In this document: one piece after another, positions 1 through 10,062 of the stretch
Layout of the letters: each line of letters begins with the position of its first letter
Position numbering within the stretch: the first letter of the stretch is position 1
Origin: an uncultured Collinsella sp.
GTDB taxonomy: Bacteria; Actinomycetota; Coriobacteriia; Coriobacteriales; Coriobacteriaceae
Assembly (NCBI GenBank): GCA_958370785.1
Contig: CATXKN010000010.1
Span: 7,035 to 71,034 of the forward strand
Length of the DNA: 64,000 nucleotides
Direction of reading: 5' to 3'
Notes under the pieces: generated by a model
What the model saw: the letters and a program-made list of their open reading frames with translations, nothing else
What the model was told of the DNA's origin: nothing
Databases searched by the model: none
Translations under genes and position numbers: made by a program

Positions 1-631
1 GGGCGAGCGTGTTGTCGCCCGCGCCCGAGCCGGCGGAGATGCCGCACACGATGGCGATGACGTTTTTCATAGCGCCGCAAACCTCGACACCGGTCATGTC
101 CTGCGATAGGTAGATGCGGAAGGCCGTAGATAGGAGCAGGTCCTTAAATGTCTCCCCAATCTGCGGGTCTTCGCTGGCGATGACGGCGGCAGAAAGTCCG
201 CCGCGGCAGATCTCCTCGGCATGGTTGGGGCCCGAGAGCGCCGCCACGCGTGCCTCGTTGCCGATCTCGCTGGCAATGACCTCGCTCATGAGCAGGCCGG
301 ACTCGGGCTCGATGCCCTTGGTGAGGCACAGAACCGGTGTTTCGTCCGCGATAAACGGCGCCGCCTGGTGGCAGACGTCGCGCAGGTGCGTCGAAGGCAC
401 GGCAAAGATGATGGCATCGGCACCGTTGAGCGCCTGCGCCAGGTCCGTCGTGGCGACGACGTTTTCCGGCAGCACGTAATCCACCAGATACCGCGGATTG
501 CGGTGCTCGCTATTGATGCCGGCGGCCGTCTGCTCACTATGGGCCCACATGGTCACGCGCTCGGCTCGCGCGGCGGCAAGGCCGGCGACGGCGGTTCCCC
601 AGGAGCCGGAGCCAATCAGCGCAACATTCAT
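1..631 (-). CDS. gpsA: NAD(P)H-dependent glycerol-3-phosphate dehydrogenase (3' end outside window)
   Basis: Manual translation from ATG at 631: MNVALIGSGSWGTA..., with TKGIE, LSGPNHAEE and GAMKNVIAI motifs; follows plsY and der. Confidence 0.93.
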   Translation of the reverse strand, partial: MNVALIGSGSWGTAVAGLAAARAERVTMWAHSEQTAAGINSEHRNPRYLVDYVLPENVVATTDLAQALNGADAIIFAVPSTHLRDVCHQAAPFIADETPVLCLTKGIEPESGLLMSEVIASEIGNEARVAALSGPNHAEEICRGGLSAAVIASEDPQIGETFKDLLLSTAFRIYLSQDMTGVEVCGAMKNVIAIVCGISAGSGAGDNTLA

Positions 632-640
632 GACTCTCTC

Positions 641-1324
641 CTACTTATCGTCGGGCTCGGTGACGCGCTTGGTAAACGAGAGCTTGGACTCCTTGCCCGT
701 CATGAGCTTTTTGATGTTCGCGCGATGGGCCCACACCACGGTAATGCCGATCATCGCCATGCAAAACTTAAGTCCCAGGCTGCTGTACGGAAAGACCGCG
801 CAGGCGGCGATGGGAAGACCGATGGCCGCGGCAAGCGAGCCCACCGACACAAACTTGGTGATGGCGACGGCCACGATAAACATGCCCAGCAGCGAAAGTC
901 CGATGGGCCAGTACCAGGCGAGGATGACGCCCAAGCCCACGGCGATACCCTTGCCGCCATGGAAGTTGAGGTAGGGCGAGAAGATGTGGCCCCACACGGC
1001 TGCCAGGCAAATGACGCCGAGCATCCAATCGCCGGGGGCTCCAGGCGCCATGATGCTCACAGGGAAGCCATAGCCCACGCCCGCGATGAGCGGACGGGCG
1101 ATAAGGACACAGATGGCGCCCTTCAGGCAGTCGAGCAGCAGCGTGAGTGCCGCGACCTTGGGGCCGGCAACGCGCAGGGCGTTGGTGGTGCCGATGTTGC
1201 CGGAGCCCGCCTTGCGAATGTCGGTGTGGTTAAACACGCGGCCCAGGATCAAGCCAAACGGAATCGCTCCGATAAAGAACGAGACCACGGCGCAGATGGC
1301 GGTCAGCAGAATCGGATTATGCAT
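641..1324 (-). CDS. plsY: Glycerol-3-phosphate acyltransferase PlsY
   Basis: GSGNIGTTN, GHIFSPYLNFHGGKGIA and HRANI motifs; hydrophobic. Confidence 0.95.
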   Translation of the reverse strand: MHNPILLTAICAVVSFFIGAIPFGLILGRVFNHTDIRKAGSGNIGTTNALRVAGPKVAALTLLLDCLKGAICVLIARPLIAGVGYGFPVSIMAPGAPGDWMLGVICLAAVWGHIFSPYLNFHGGKGIAVGLGVILAWYWPIGLSLLGMFIVAVAITKFVSVGSLAAAIGLPIAACAVFPYSSLGLKFCMAMIGITVVWAHRANIKKLMTGKESKLSFTKRVTEPDDK

Positions 1325-2651
1325 CCTTTTGCTCCTTCTTCCTAAAGAAGAGTCGAATGGGCGTGCCGGAAAAATCGAAGGTCGAGCGCATACGGTTCTC
1401 CACGTAGCGCTGGTAGGTGTCGTTGACCAGGTCGCTGTGGTTGACGAAGAACGTAAACGTCGGCGGGTTGACGCCCGTCTGGGTCACGTAGTGCATGCGC
1501 AGGCGACGCTTGCCGTCCACCACGGTGTGGCCAAACTCGCGCAGGTCGGTGAGGAACGTGTTGAGGCGCGAGGTGGAGATCTTCTGCGAGCGCGTCTTTT
1601 CGGCCGCGTCGACCATCGCCCAGATCTTCTCGACGCTGCGGCCGGTCAGGGCCGAGATGCGCAGGTACTGGGCCCAGGGAGCCATGACGCCCAGACGGCG
1701 GTCGACGGTCTCCATGCAGGCCTCGCGCTTGCGGTCGTCGTCGAGCAGGTCCCACTTGTTGAGAAGCACCACGATGGCGCAGCCGCGCTCAATGGCCAAG
1801 CCCATGACCTTCTGGTCCTGCTCGGTGACGCCCACGGAGGCGTCGACGACGAGCAGTGCCACGTCGGCGCGGTCGATGGCGCGCAGGCCGCGGACCATGG
1901 AGTAGTACTCGATGTTCTCGTACACGGTGCTCTTCTTGCGAATGCCCGCAGTGTCGACCATGCGGTAGTGCTTGCCGTCGCGCTCGACGACGGTATCGAT
2001 GGCATCGCGCGTGGTGCCGGCAATGTTGGAAACGATGGAGCGGTCGGCGCCCAGGATACGGTTGAACAGCGAGGACTTACCGGCGTTGGGGCGGCCGATA
2101 ATGGCCACGTTGAGCGCGTCGGGGAACTCGTCGGCGACCTCGTCCTCTTCCTCGGGCAACAGGGCCACGATGTCGTCGAGCAGGTCGCCCGTGCCGTGGC
2201 CGTGTAGGGCCGAGAGCGGTGTGGGCTCACCGATGCCGAGCGAATAGAACTCCCAGATGTTGTCATTCTCGCGATCGGGGTTGTCGAGCTTGTTCACCAG
2301 CAGAAAGACTGGCTTGTCGCAGCGCTTGAGCATGCGGGCGACCGACTCGTCCTCCTCGGTGACGCCGGTGCGGCCGTCGACCACAAACAGGATGACGGCG
2401 GCTTCCTCGGCGGCGGCGAGCGCCTGGTCGCGAATGGACGTGGCAAAGACGTCGTCGCTCTTGAGCGGCTCGATACCGCCCGTGTCGACGATGGTGAACT
2501 CGCGGCCGTTCCAATCGGCCGTGTGATACGAGCGGTCGCGCGTGACGCCGCGGGACTCGTGGACAATGGCGTCCGAGGTCTGGGCCAGGCGGTTAACGAG
2601 CGTGGACTTGCCCACGTTGGGGCGTCCGACGACGGCGACGATAGGTTTCAT
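1317..2651 (-). CDS. der: Ribosome biogenesis GTPase Der (EngA)
   Basis: Two G-domains (GRPNVGKS, GRPNAGKS; DTGG/DTAG; NKLD/NKWD); start MKPIVAVVG at 2651 after GGAGAG. Confidence 0.96.
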   Translation of the reverse strand: MKPIVAVVGRPNVGKSTLVNRLAQTSDAIVHESRGVTRDRSYHTADWNGREFTIVDTGGIEPLKSDDVFATSIRDQALAAAEEAAVILFVVDGRTGVTEEDESVARMLKRCDKPVFLLVNKLDNPDRENDNIWEFYSLGIGEPTPLSALHGHGTGDLLDDIVALLPEEEDEVADEFPDALNVAIIGRPNAGKSSLFNRILGADRSIVSNIAGTTRDAIDTVVERDGKHYRMVDTAGIRKKSTVYENIEYYSMVRGLRAIDRADVALLVVDASVGVTEQDQKVMGLAIERGCAIVVLLNKWDLLDDDRKREACMETVDRRLGVMAPWAQYLRISALTGRSVEKIWAMVDAAEKTRSQKISTSRLNTFLTDLREFGHTVVDGKRRLRMHYVTQTGVNPPTFTFFVNHSDLVNDTYQRYVENRMRSTFDFSGTPIRLFFRKKEQKDA

Positions 2652-2661
2652 CTGCTCTCCT

Positions 2662-4116
2662 TTAATGGGTAGGGTCAGCGGAATTAGTAGAGTCGGCAGG
2701 CACAATGCCAAGGATGTGCTCCAGGGCATCGAGCAGCTCATGCGGCATGGTCGACACCACATGAACCTCGGCGCCGCGACTGGTAAGGCTTGCGAGTAAA
2801 TCGTCACGATGATACTCGTCAAGCGTCATGCCGTCAGCGTTGAACATGAGCTTAGGCACAAAGAGCATAACCCCCGACAGGTCTTGCGGCAGCTGCTCCA
2901 GGATATCGCTCGCGACGATGAGGCCGGTCACGTCCACGTTGCCGCCAAAGTAGCGGTTTTTGATGGCTGTGACGGAGCCGGCCAGGCCGTGCGGCGATTC
3001 CACAAAGCGCGCGACCGTATCGCGCGCGCTGGCGCCCGAGAGGCACAGCAGGCGCTGGCTGCGGGCGGCGATGCCAGCGCGGACGCGGGCCAGACGCTCG
3101 GCGTCGGCGGCAAGCACGTCGTCGGTCTCGTCCAGATAGGAGCGGATCATGCCGATGCCGTCATAGTACTGCGGGTAGCCGTCGTAAAAGTCTGCCTCGG
3201 GCGGCTCGATGCCGGCGTCCAGATAGAACTCGTCGCTCATCTGGAAGGTGTGGCGGCCAAAGCGCTCGTACGCGCGGTCCTGGAAAGGCCGGATCATGGC
3301 AATGGTTTCGCGCGCGAGCTCGGGCTTATCGCTATAGGACCAGCTAAAACGGTTCTGATGCTTGGTAAAACCGAGCGGCACAATGCCCAGGCTCGTGATC
3401 TGCTCGTGATCCTCGCAAAAGCGAAGCGTCTTTAGCAGTTCTTCGCCGTCGTTCATGCCGGGGCACAAAACGATCTGCGCGTGGATTTCGATGCCGGCGG
3501 CCATGATGGCCTCGAGCACGTCCATGCCGCGCTGGGCGTTGCGGCCCATCATGCGGCGGCGAACGTCGGGGCTCACGGCGTGGACCGACACGTTCATCGG
3601 ACTCATGTTGCGATCGATAACGTTTTGCACGTCCTCGTCGGAAAGGTTCGTGAGCGTGACAAAGTTACCCTGCAAAAAGCTCAGGCGGTAGTCGTCGTCG
3701 CGAATGTAGAGCGTGGAGCGGCCGCCCTTGGGGAGCATGGTCATAAAGCAGAACACGCAGGCGTTGACGCAGGTACGCATGCCGTCAAAGATGGGGCCGT
3801 CGAACTCAAGGCCCCAGTCCTCGCCCGGGAAGCGGTCGAGCTCGACGGGGGTGACGGTTCCGTCGCGCGGGTCGAAAACCTCCAGCTCGACGGTATCGTC
3901 ATCTGCCTCCCAGAGCCACACGATCATGTCGGTGAGCCGCTCTCCGTTGACCTTGAGCACGCGCATGCCCGGCTCGATACCCACATCCCATGCGGGCGAT
4001 TCGGGACGCACGTTCTTAACGAGCGCGCCCTCACCCGGCTCGGGGTCGCGGCTGCGCCCGTAATCGGCCACCTCGGCGGCGTATGCGGGTACGGTCTGGT
4101 CCATGGTTAGCGGCAA
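2662..4116 (-). CDS. PDZ + DUF512 radical-SAM-like Fe-S protein
   Basis: N-terminal PDZ-like segment, CxNxCxFCF, YIRDDDYRLSFLQGNFVTLTN; typical neighbour of der. Confidence 0.85.
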   Translation of the reverse strand: MPLTMDQTVPAYAAEVADYGRSRDPEPGEGALVKNVRPESPAWDVGIEPGMRVLKVNGERLTDMIVWLWEADDDTVELEVFDPRDGTVTPVELDRFPGEDWGLEFDGPIFDGMRTCVNACVFCFMTMLPKGGRSTLYIRDDDYRLSFLQGNFVTLTNLSDEDVQNVIDRNMSPMNVSVHAVSPDVRRRMMGRNAQRGMDVLEAIMAAGIEIHAQIVLCPGMNDGEELLKTLRFCEDHEQITSLGIVPLGFTKHQNRFSWSYSDKPELARETIAMIRPFQDRAYERFGRHTFQMSDEFYLDAGIEPPEADFYDGYPQYYDGIGMIRSYLDETDDVLAADAERLARVRAGIAARSQRLLCLSGASARDTVARFVESPHGLAGSVTAIKNRYFGGNVDVTGLIVASDILEQLPQDLSGVMLFVPKLMFNADGMTLDEYHRDDLLASLTSRGAEVHVVSTMPHELLDALEHILGIVPADSTNSADPTH

Positions 4117-5003
4117 AGCTCCTTGATGCGCGCAACGGCGCGTTCGATGTGTTCTTGCGGGGTGGAAGCTCCGGCAGTGATGCCGATGCGGCGCGCGTTG
4201 TCAACCCATGCGGCTTCAAGCTCGGAAGCTTCCTCGATGTGATGCGTGTGCTCGCAGGCATCGGCACAAATCTGCGCCAGGCGACGCGTGTTGCCCGAAT
4301 TTTTGCCGCCCACGACGACCATGCAATCACAGCGGTTGGCGAGGGCTGCGGCTGCCTGCTGGCGCTCGCTAGTGGCGGCGCAGATCGTGTTGATCACACG
4401 CAGCTCCTGCACGCGCGGGGTGATGGAGGCCACAACCTCGGCCAGGTTCTGCGCGGTCTGGGTGGTCTGCACAACCAGGCCCACCTTGCCCTTGAGCGGC
4501 AGTGCGTCCGCATCGGCGGCGCAACTCACGACTTGAGCGTCATCACCAGCGTGGCCCAGAATGCCCTCGACCTCGGGATGGCCCGGCTCGCCCACGACGA
4601 TCACGCGGTAGCCCTCGCGCACTAGGCGCTCGGCCGCCACATGGACCTTCTTCACGTAGGGGCAGGTGGCGTCGACCACGGTAAGGCCACGCTCGCGAGC
4701 GGCGTCAATGACCTGCGGCACCACACCGTGCGCGCGAATGATCACGGTGCCCGATGCGGCGTCGTCCAAGGTGTCTGCCAGACCAACGCCTGCCTCGGCA
4801 AGCTCGCGTACCACGATGGGGTTATGGATGAGCGGACCCAGCGTGTGGACCTGAGCGCTCTCCTCCGCCTGCGGCGCGGCGGCCAGTGCCATGTCGAGCG
4901 CACGCTGCACGCCGTAGCAGGTGCCGGCGTGGGCAGCGATTTCTATGGTGGGGACGACCTCCTCAGCGGCGGTCGCGGCAGTATTCATGACGTTCTCACA
5001 CAT
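4107..5003 (-). CDS. ispH: 4-hydroxy-3-methylbut-2-enyl diphosphate reductase
   Basis: AGTCYGV, LIHN, IRAHG, DATCPYV, QTT, NTICAAT, SGNT, GITAGASTP motifs; start uncertain. Confidence 0.95.
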   Translation of the reverse strand: MCENVMNTAATAAEEVVPTIEIAAHAGTCYGVQRALDMALAAAPQAEESAQVHTLGPLIHNPIVVRELAEAGVGLADTLDDAASGTVIIRAHGVVPQVIDAARERGLTVVDATCPYVKKVHVAAERLVREGYRVIVVGEPGHPEVEGILGHAGDDAQVVSCAADADALPLKGKVGLVVQTTQTAQNLAEVVASITPRVQELRVINTICAATSERQQAAAALANRCDCMVVVGGKNSGNTRRLAQICADACEHTHHIEEASELEAAWVDNARRIGITAGASTPQEHIERAVARIKELCR

Positions 5004-5005
5004 GG

Positions 5006-5734
5006 CTAGAACCTGCCCGGATGCTCGTCGCACAGCTCGTCGCGCATGGCGTAGACGCGGTTCATGGCCTCGGACTCAAACCATGCCAGGCGCTCCTTGC
5101 GCTTAAGCTCGGCCGGTGCGTCGGATAGCGAGATGGCCTTGCCGGCGCGGATCCAGCACTTTTTGGGGCGCATGAGCTTTTTGCCTTTGGGCGTGATATC
5201 GGACCAGCCACAAATGGCGAGTGGGTTGACGGGAGCCTTGCCCATCTGGGCGATAAGCGCAAAGCCGCCATGGACCTCGGGCTTGGTCTCGCGCGAGCGG
5301 ATGCGCGTACCCTCGGGGAAGATCAGGACATCCTCACCGCGCTGCAGTGCATGCTGGGCGGCGCGCAGACACTTCATGTCGGCGGTGCCGCGCTCGACGG
5401 GAATGCCGCCCACGCGGCTAAAGGCCCAGCGCACAATCTTGCTCTTAGCGAACTCGGACTTAAAGATGGGGCGGATGCGGCGGCCGCCAAAGAACAGCGC
5501 CGTCTCCACGGCCAAGAGTTCGGCCATCGAGGTGTGGTTGCAGATGACTACGCTGCCGCGGCCTTCCTGGCGCTCAAACAGCAGGTCGGCATCCTCGACC
5601 TTCCAGCGCCACATAAGCTTGGAGAAGACCCACAGGATGCCCATGACCACGACGACGGTGCCGCGGATGAGCGCCGGGAACTCGGCGTAGGGGGCGTTGT
5701 AGTAATCCTCGGGCGTCTGCTTAAACAGGCGCAT
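5006..5734 (-). CDS. plsC: 1-acyl-sn-glycerol-3-phosphate acyltransferase (PlsC family)
   Basis: NHTSMAE and IFPEGTR motifs; between cmk and ispH. Confidence 0.85.
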   Translation of the reverse strand: MRLFKQTPEDYYNAPYAEFPALIRGTVVVVMGILWVFSKLMWRWKVEDADLLFERQEGRGSVVICNHTSMAELLAVETALFFGGRRIRPIFKSEFAKSKIVRWAFSRVGGIPVERGTADMKCLRAAQHALQRGEDVLIFPEGTRIRSRETKPEVHGGFALIAQMGKAPVNPLAICGWSDITPKGKKLMRPKKCWIRAGKAISLSDAPAELKRKERLAWFESEAMNRVYAMRDELCDEHPGRF

Positions 5735-5737
5735 GGG

Positions 5738-6424
5738 CTACCTCCTTTGGTTGATGAGGTCCTCGATTATCGAGACGACCTCGTCGATGGTGTGGGCGGT
5801 GGAGTCGACGTGCACCGCGTCCTCGGCGGGCACGAGCGGTGCGACTTCGCGGCTGCTGTCGAGCTTATCGCGCTGCTTGAGGGCATCGAGGGTTTCATCG
5901 ACCTCGGTCTCGAGCTGCTCTGTGGTGAGCGGCTGGGCGTCATTTTGGTGACGCTGAAGCACGCGGCGACGGGCGCGCTCGCGCGGGTCGGCGGTCAGGA
6001 ACACCTTGACCTGTGCGTTGGGGAACACGACGGTTCCGATGTCGCGACCCTCGGCCACGATATCGCGGTCCTCGGCTGCGCGGCGCTGATGGATAAGCAT
6101 GGCGGCGCGTACGCCCGGGTAGGCCGAGACCTTGGAGACGTTGGCGTCCACCTGCGCGGTGCGGATGGCGGTCGATGCGTCCTGGCCGTCGATGGTCAGG
6201 CGCGTGTCCTCGCCGGTGCCGTTGGTAAAGCGGATTTCGATCTGCTTGGCGAGGGTGTCGATGGCCGCCTCGTCGTCCAGGTCGATGCCGCGGTCGAGCG
6301 CAGCGAAGGTGACGGCGCGATACATGGCGCCCGTGTCGAGCTTGTTAAAGCCCAGCTGGCGGGCGATCTCCTTGGCGATGGTGGACTTGCCGGAACCGGC
6401 GGGGCCGTCGATGGCGACGATCAT
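5738..6424 (-). CDS. cmk: Cytidylate kinase
   Basis: IAIDGPAGSGKST-like P-loop, LDTGAMYR, EGRDIGTVVFP. Confidence 0.96.
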   Translation of the reverse strand: MIVAIDGPAGSGKSTIAKEIARQLGFNKLDTGAMYRAVTFAALDRGIDLDDEAAIDTLAKQIEIRFTNGTGEDTRLTIDGQDASTAIRTAQVDANVSKVSAYPGVRAAMLIHQRRAAEDRDIVAEGRDIGTVVFPNAQVKVFLTADPRERARRRVLQRHQNDAQPLTTEQLETEVDETLDALKQRDKLDSSREVAPLVPAEDAVHVDSTAHTIDEVVSIIEDLINQRR

Positions 6425-6489
6425 GCAATGCTTCCTTTCGGTGGTTGACGTGCTGGTATGGGACGCGGGCGCTGGGGCTTTGCGATTGC

Positions 6490-7461
6490 CTAGCTCGTGT
6501 AGCGCTCGCGGTAGGTGTTGCGCTTGGGTGCGGAGCCGTGGCTGCCGTGGTGACGCGTGCGGCTCGCGGTGTTGGTCGCCGGTGCGGCGCCGCGCTTAGA
6601 GCTGGCTTGCTTGGGCGGGATACCGCCGGCCTTGAGGATCTGCACCTCTCGCTCGGTGAGTTCGCGCCACGAGCCCTTGGCCACGTCCTTGAGCTCCAGG
6701 CCGGCAAAGTTGCAGCGGTGCAGGCGGATCACCGGATGGTGGATCTTGCTCAGCATGCGCTTGACCTGGTTCTTGCGTCCCTCGCGGATGATGACCTCCA
6801 CGGCGGTGGTGCCGGGCTTGATGCCTTGCGGGGCTACGGCTTCTGCCTCGCGTGCGTTAATGACGCGGCAGATCGCCGGTTGGCATAGGCCATCGTCGAG
6901 CTCGATGCCGCGGCGCAGCGGCGTGAGGTCGTGGTCGGACAGCTGACCGTCGACGAGCGCCTGGTAGGTCTTGTAGACGTGCTTGCTGGGGTGCAGCAGG
7001 TCTTGTGACAGGTCGCCGTCGGTGGTAAAGAGCAAAAGGCCCGTGGTGTCGCGGTCTAGGCGACCCACCGGAAAGAGCCCCGGGAATCGGTCGCGCGGGA
7101 CCAGGTCGGCCACACAAGGGCGCTCCTGCGGATCGCTCATGGTGGTGAGGTAGCCGGTCGGCTTGTAGAGCATCAGGTACACGGCGCCCTGGTTGAGCTT
7201 GACGGGCATGCCGTCGACCTCGATATGGTCGCGGTCCACATCGACCTTGGTGCCCAGCTCGGTCGCGACCTGGCCGTTGACGGTCACGCGGCCGGCGGTC
7301 ATCAGGTCCTCCGAGCCGCGGCGGCTCGCCATGCCCGCGCGTGCCAAAAAGCGCTGCAGGCGCATGGTGTGCGGGTAGACGGGCTGGGCGCCGCCCGCGG
7401 ACGCTATGGTGTCCGCGGCACGTGAAGTGCGCGTCTCCCCTGCTTCGTTAGTCCTCGTCAT
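6490..7461 (-). CDS. rluB: rRNA pseudouridine synthase, RsuA/RluB family
   Basis: S4 domain (RLQRFLARAGMASRR), GRLDRDTTGLLL, EGRKNQVKRM; follows scpB. Confidence 0.88.
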   Translation of the reverse strand: MTRTNEAGETRTSRAADTIASAGGAQPVYPHTMRLQRFLARAGMASRRGSEDLMTAGRVTVNGQVATELGTKVDVDRDHIEVDGMPVKLNQGAVYLMLYKPTGYLTTMSDPQERPCVADLVPRDRFPGLFPVGRLDRDTTGLLLFTTDGDLSQDLLHPSKHVYKTYQALVDGQLSDHDLTPLRRGIELDDGLCQPAICRVINAREAEAVAPQGIKPGTTAVEVIIREGRKNQVKRMLSKIHHPVIRLHRCNFAGLELKDVAKGSWRELTEREVQILKAGGIPPKQASSKRGAAPATNTASRTRHHGSHGSAPKRNTYRERYTS

Positions 7462-8167
7462 GCATATCCTCCGAGGTAACACCTGTGGGCAGAAGCTCCT
7501 CGCCATCGGTGTCCTCAACATCGGTATCGATCAGTTCGCGTTCTTCGTCCAGGTCCTCGGCCTGCTCCTCGAGCGTGGATTGAATGCTGCGGCCGCTCAG
7601 ACGCTCGCGGATAAACTGTCGCGACTGCTCGTCGGGGGCAAACTGCTCCAGATCGGGCAGGTCGCGGGTGGAGCGAAGACCGAACTTTTCCAAGAAGGCG
7701 TTGGTCGTGCCGTAGATGATTGCCTGACCGCGCTCGGGGTCGCGGCCGAGCTCGCGCACCAGGCCCTTGTCCACGAGCGACGCGATAACGCCGTCGGAGT
7801 TGACGCCGCGGATGCCCTTGACTACCTCACGCGTGACGGGCTGGTGATAGGCGATCACGGCCAGGGTCTCGAGCGCCGCCTGCGACAGCTTTTGCGTGTC
7901 CCAGCTCAGCACATAGGCCTCGACCACATCGTGGTAGGCGGGGTGTGTAAACAGGCGCCAGCCACCGGCGACCTCGCGCAGCTGAAAGCCGCGGTTGGCC
8001 TCCTCGTACTCAACCTTGAGCTCGGCCAAAAGCGACGCGCACTCGCCGGGGGCGATATCCAGCGCAGCTGCCAGCGCGGGTGCGCTCACGGGGTCGCTCG
8101 ACACCAGCAGCAGCGCCTCGAGGGCGCCTTTGAGGCTGTTTGCCTCCAGCGTGGAAAGGGTTGACAT
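7448..8167 (-). CDS. scpB: SMC-Scp complex subunit ScpB
   Basis: LSQAALETLAVIAYHQPVTR, IRGVNS, YGTT..FLEKFGL. Confidence 0.95.
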   Translation of the reverse strand: MSTLSTLEANSLKGALEALLLVSSDPVSAPALAAALDIAPGECASLLAELKVEYEEANRGFQLREVAGGWRLFTHPAYHDVVEAYVLSWDTQKLSQAALETLAVIAYHQPVTREVVKGIRGVNSDGVIASLVDKGLVRELGRDPERGQAIIYGTTNAFLEKFGLRSTRDLPDLEQFAPDEQSRQFIRERLSGRSIQSTLEEQAEDLDEERELIDTDVEDTDGEELLPTGVTSEDMHDED

Positions 8168-8178
8168 GGTTGCCGCTC

Positions 8179-8988
8179 CTATTCGGTGAGCTCGGGGCCC
8201 TCGCCGGGCACGTATGCCTCGGCGCCCTCGACGCGGTTGATTTGAATGGTTCCAAAGATCTCGTTCTGGCTCAGTGTAAGCGAGCCACGCTTGGCGAGCT
8301 CGAGCATGGCCAGGAAGGTGACGACGAGTTGCTCGGTGGTGGCGTCGCCGTCCAGCAGCTCGAGGAAGGTGCAGGTTTGGTGTGCCATGGTAAAGCGGTC
8401 GACCGAGGCCACCGTCAGGTCGAGCGGCACGCGATGTGGCGCCACGTGCTCGGCCTCCAGCAGGAAGGTCTGGCGCTTGCCATCCAGGTCGGCGCAGATG
8501 ACGGCGAGGCCGCGCAGGGTAATGCCGGCCAGGTAGTCGGGCATAAGCCCCAGAAACTCGGGGTCGGGGCCGGCAACACGCGGATGCATGCGGCTCTCGG
8601 CCTGCATACGCGCGCCAAGGGCTGCCGCCGCGCCCTTAAACTGCTTGTAGGCGATCAGACGCTGGATCAGGACCTCGCGCAGGGCGTCGCCGTCGAGCGC
8701 ACTGAGCTCCTCGAGCTCATCGTCATCCTCGTCATCGTCGTCTGTCTTGCGCGGGGCCTCCTGGGGCACCAGCGAGGCGGCCTTGATGTCCAAAAGGGTT
8801 GCCGCGACCAGCAAAAAGTCGCTCGCCACGTCCAGGTCCAGCGCCTCGATGCGCTCGGCCTCGGCAAGGTATTGCTCGGCTACCTCGCTGATCGAGATGG
8901 CGCCGATATCAACTTTTTGGCGGGTTACCAGCTGCAGCAGCAGGTCGAACGGTCCGCTGTAGACCTGCGTCGACACGCGATACGACAT
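8179..8988 (-). CDS. scpA: Segregation/condensation protein ScpA
   Basis: GPFDLLLQLV, FLLVAATLLDIK, VVTFLAMLEL. Confidence 0.94.
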   Translation of the reverse strand: MSYRVSTQVYSGPFDLLLQLVTRQKVDIGAISISEVAEQYLAEAERIEALDLDVASDFLLVAATLLDIKAASLVPQEAPRKTDDDDEDDDELEELSALDGDALREVLIQRLIAYKQFKGAAAALGARMQAESRMHPRVAGPDPEFLGLMPDYLAGITLRGLAVICADLDGKRQTFLLEAEHVAPHRVPLDLTVASVDRFTMAHQTCTFLELLDGDATTEQLVVTFLAMLELAKRGSLTLSQNEIFGTIQINRVEGAEAYVPGEGPELTE

Positions 8989-9072
8989 CTTCGACCTCCT
9001 TTGACGGCGCCTTCGCGGCGCGGTTTGGGTGCATGTTGCGACCGTTTTGCACGGTCGACCTGTAAGTTTACC

Positions 9073-9756
9073 TTAGATGCCGGCGATTGCGAAGTTGAGC
9101 AGCCACTCGGCCAGCGGATACACGGTAACGTCGAAATAGCGGCCGATTACGTCGATGCCGGTCCACATGGGCAGCAGATACAGCACCAGGATGAGGATGG
9201 GCATGGCGTATTGCTGCAGGCGGTAGTAGTTGGCGAGCGCCTTGCCTTTGAGGAACGGGACGATAATCGACGAGCCGTCGAGCGGCGGGATCGGGATGAG
9301 GTTAAAGAACGCGAGCGACAGGTTGACCACGATAAACGTGGCGCCAAAGTTCATGATTTGGGACGCCACAGCAAAGGACATGCTGGCGTAGAGGTTGCCG
9401 TATGCCGCGCGCATGAGGGCGGCCGCGAGACACGCGAGGGCGATGTTCGATGCGGGGCCGGCTACGCTCACCAGGACCTCGTCGCGCTTGGGGTGCTTGA
9501 GGTTATTGAGGTATACGGGCACGGGCTTGGCGAAGGCGAACACCGGGCCACCGGCCGCGAGCATAAGCAGCGGCAGGAGGACGGTGCCAAACGGGTCGAT
9601 ATGGTTGAGCGGGTTGAGCGAGACGCGGCCGCGCGAACGGGCCGTCTTGTCGCCGAGCGCCCAGGCCGCGGCGGCGTGCGCGCTCTCGTGGATGACGATG
9701 CCCACAATGACGGCGACGGCGCTGGCAAGCAGGTTCATGAGGTAGCTGCTGGACAT
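9073..9756 (-). CDS. Site-2 protease (peptidase M50)
   Basis: HESAH, AGPASN and FNLIPIPPLDG motifs. Confidence 0.92.
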   Translation of the reverse strand: MSSSYLMNLLASAVAVIVGIVIHESAHAAAAWALGDKTARSRGRVSLNPLNHIDPFGTVLLPLLMLAAGGPVFAFAKPVPVYLNNLKHPKRDEVLVSVAGPASNIALACLAAALMRAAYGNLYASMSFAVASQIMNFGATFIVVNLSLAFFNLIPIPPLDGSSIIVPFLKGKALANYYRLQQYAMPILILVLYLLPMWTGIDVIGRYFDVTVYPLAEWLLNFAIAGI

Positions 9757-9765
9757 GGCGCTCCT

Positions 9766-10062
9766 TTAGCGGACACGGCGCGAGGCGCGCGTGAGCAGGT
9801 AGTCGGCCACAAACAGGATGACGGCCACGATGGCGTAATCCAGGCGGAACACGCCGCCAAAGGGCGACGTGATGACGCCATAGCCGGCGATGGCGCTCGG
9901 CAGTGCACGCGAAAGCTCAACGACAAAACCCACGATCTGCAGTTTGGCGGTGAGGCCGTTAAAGCAAAGCAGCACAGTCATCGCGCTCATAAAGATGCCG
10001 CACATGCGACAGGCGATGGCGATGATGCTCATCGCCACGGCAGCGGCCTTACGAGAGTTCAC
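9766..10062 (-). CDS. Small membrane protein
   Basis: GTG at 10062 after AGGAG; hydrophobic 98 aa; fills the operon gap. Confidence 0.7.
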   Translation of the reverse strand: MNSRKAAAVAMSIIAIACRMCGIFMSAMTVLLCFNGLTAKLQIVGFVVELSRALPSAIAGYGVITSPFGGVFRLDYAIVAVILFVADYLLTRASRRVR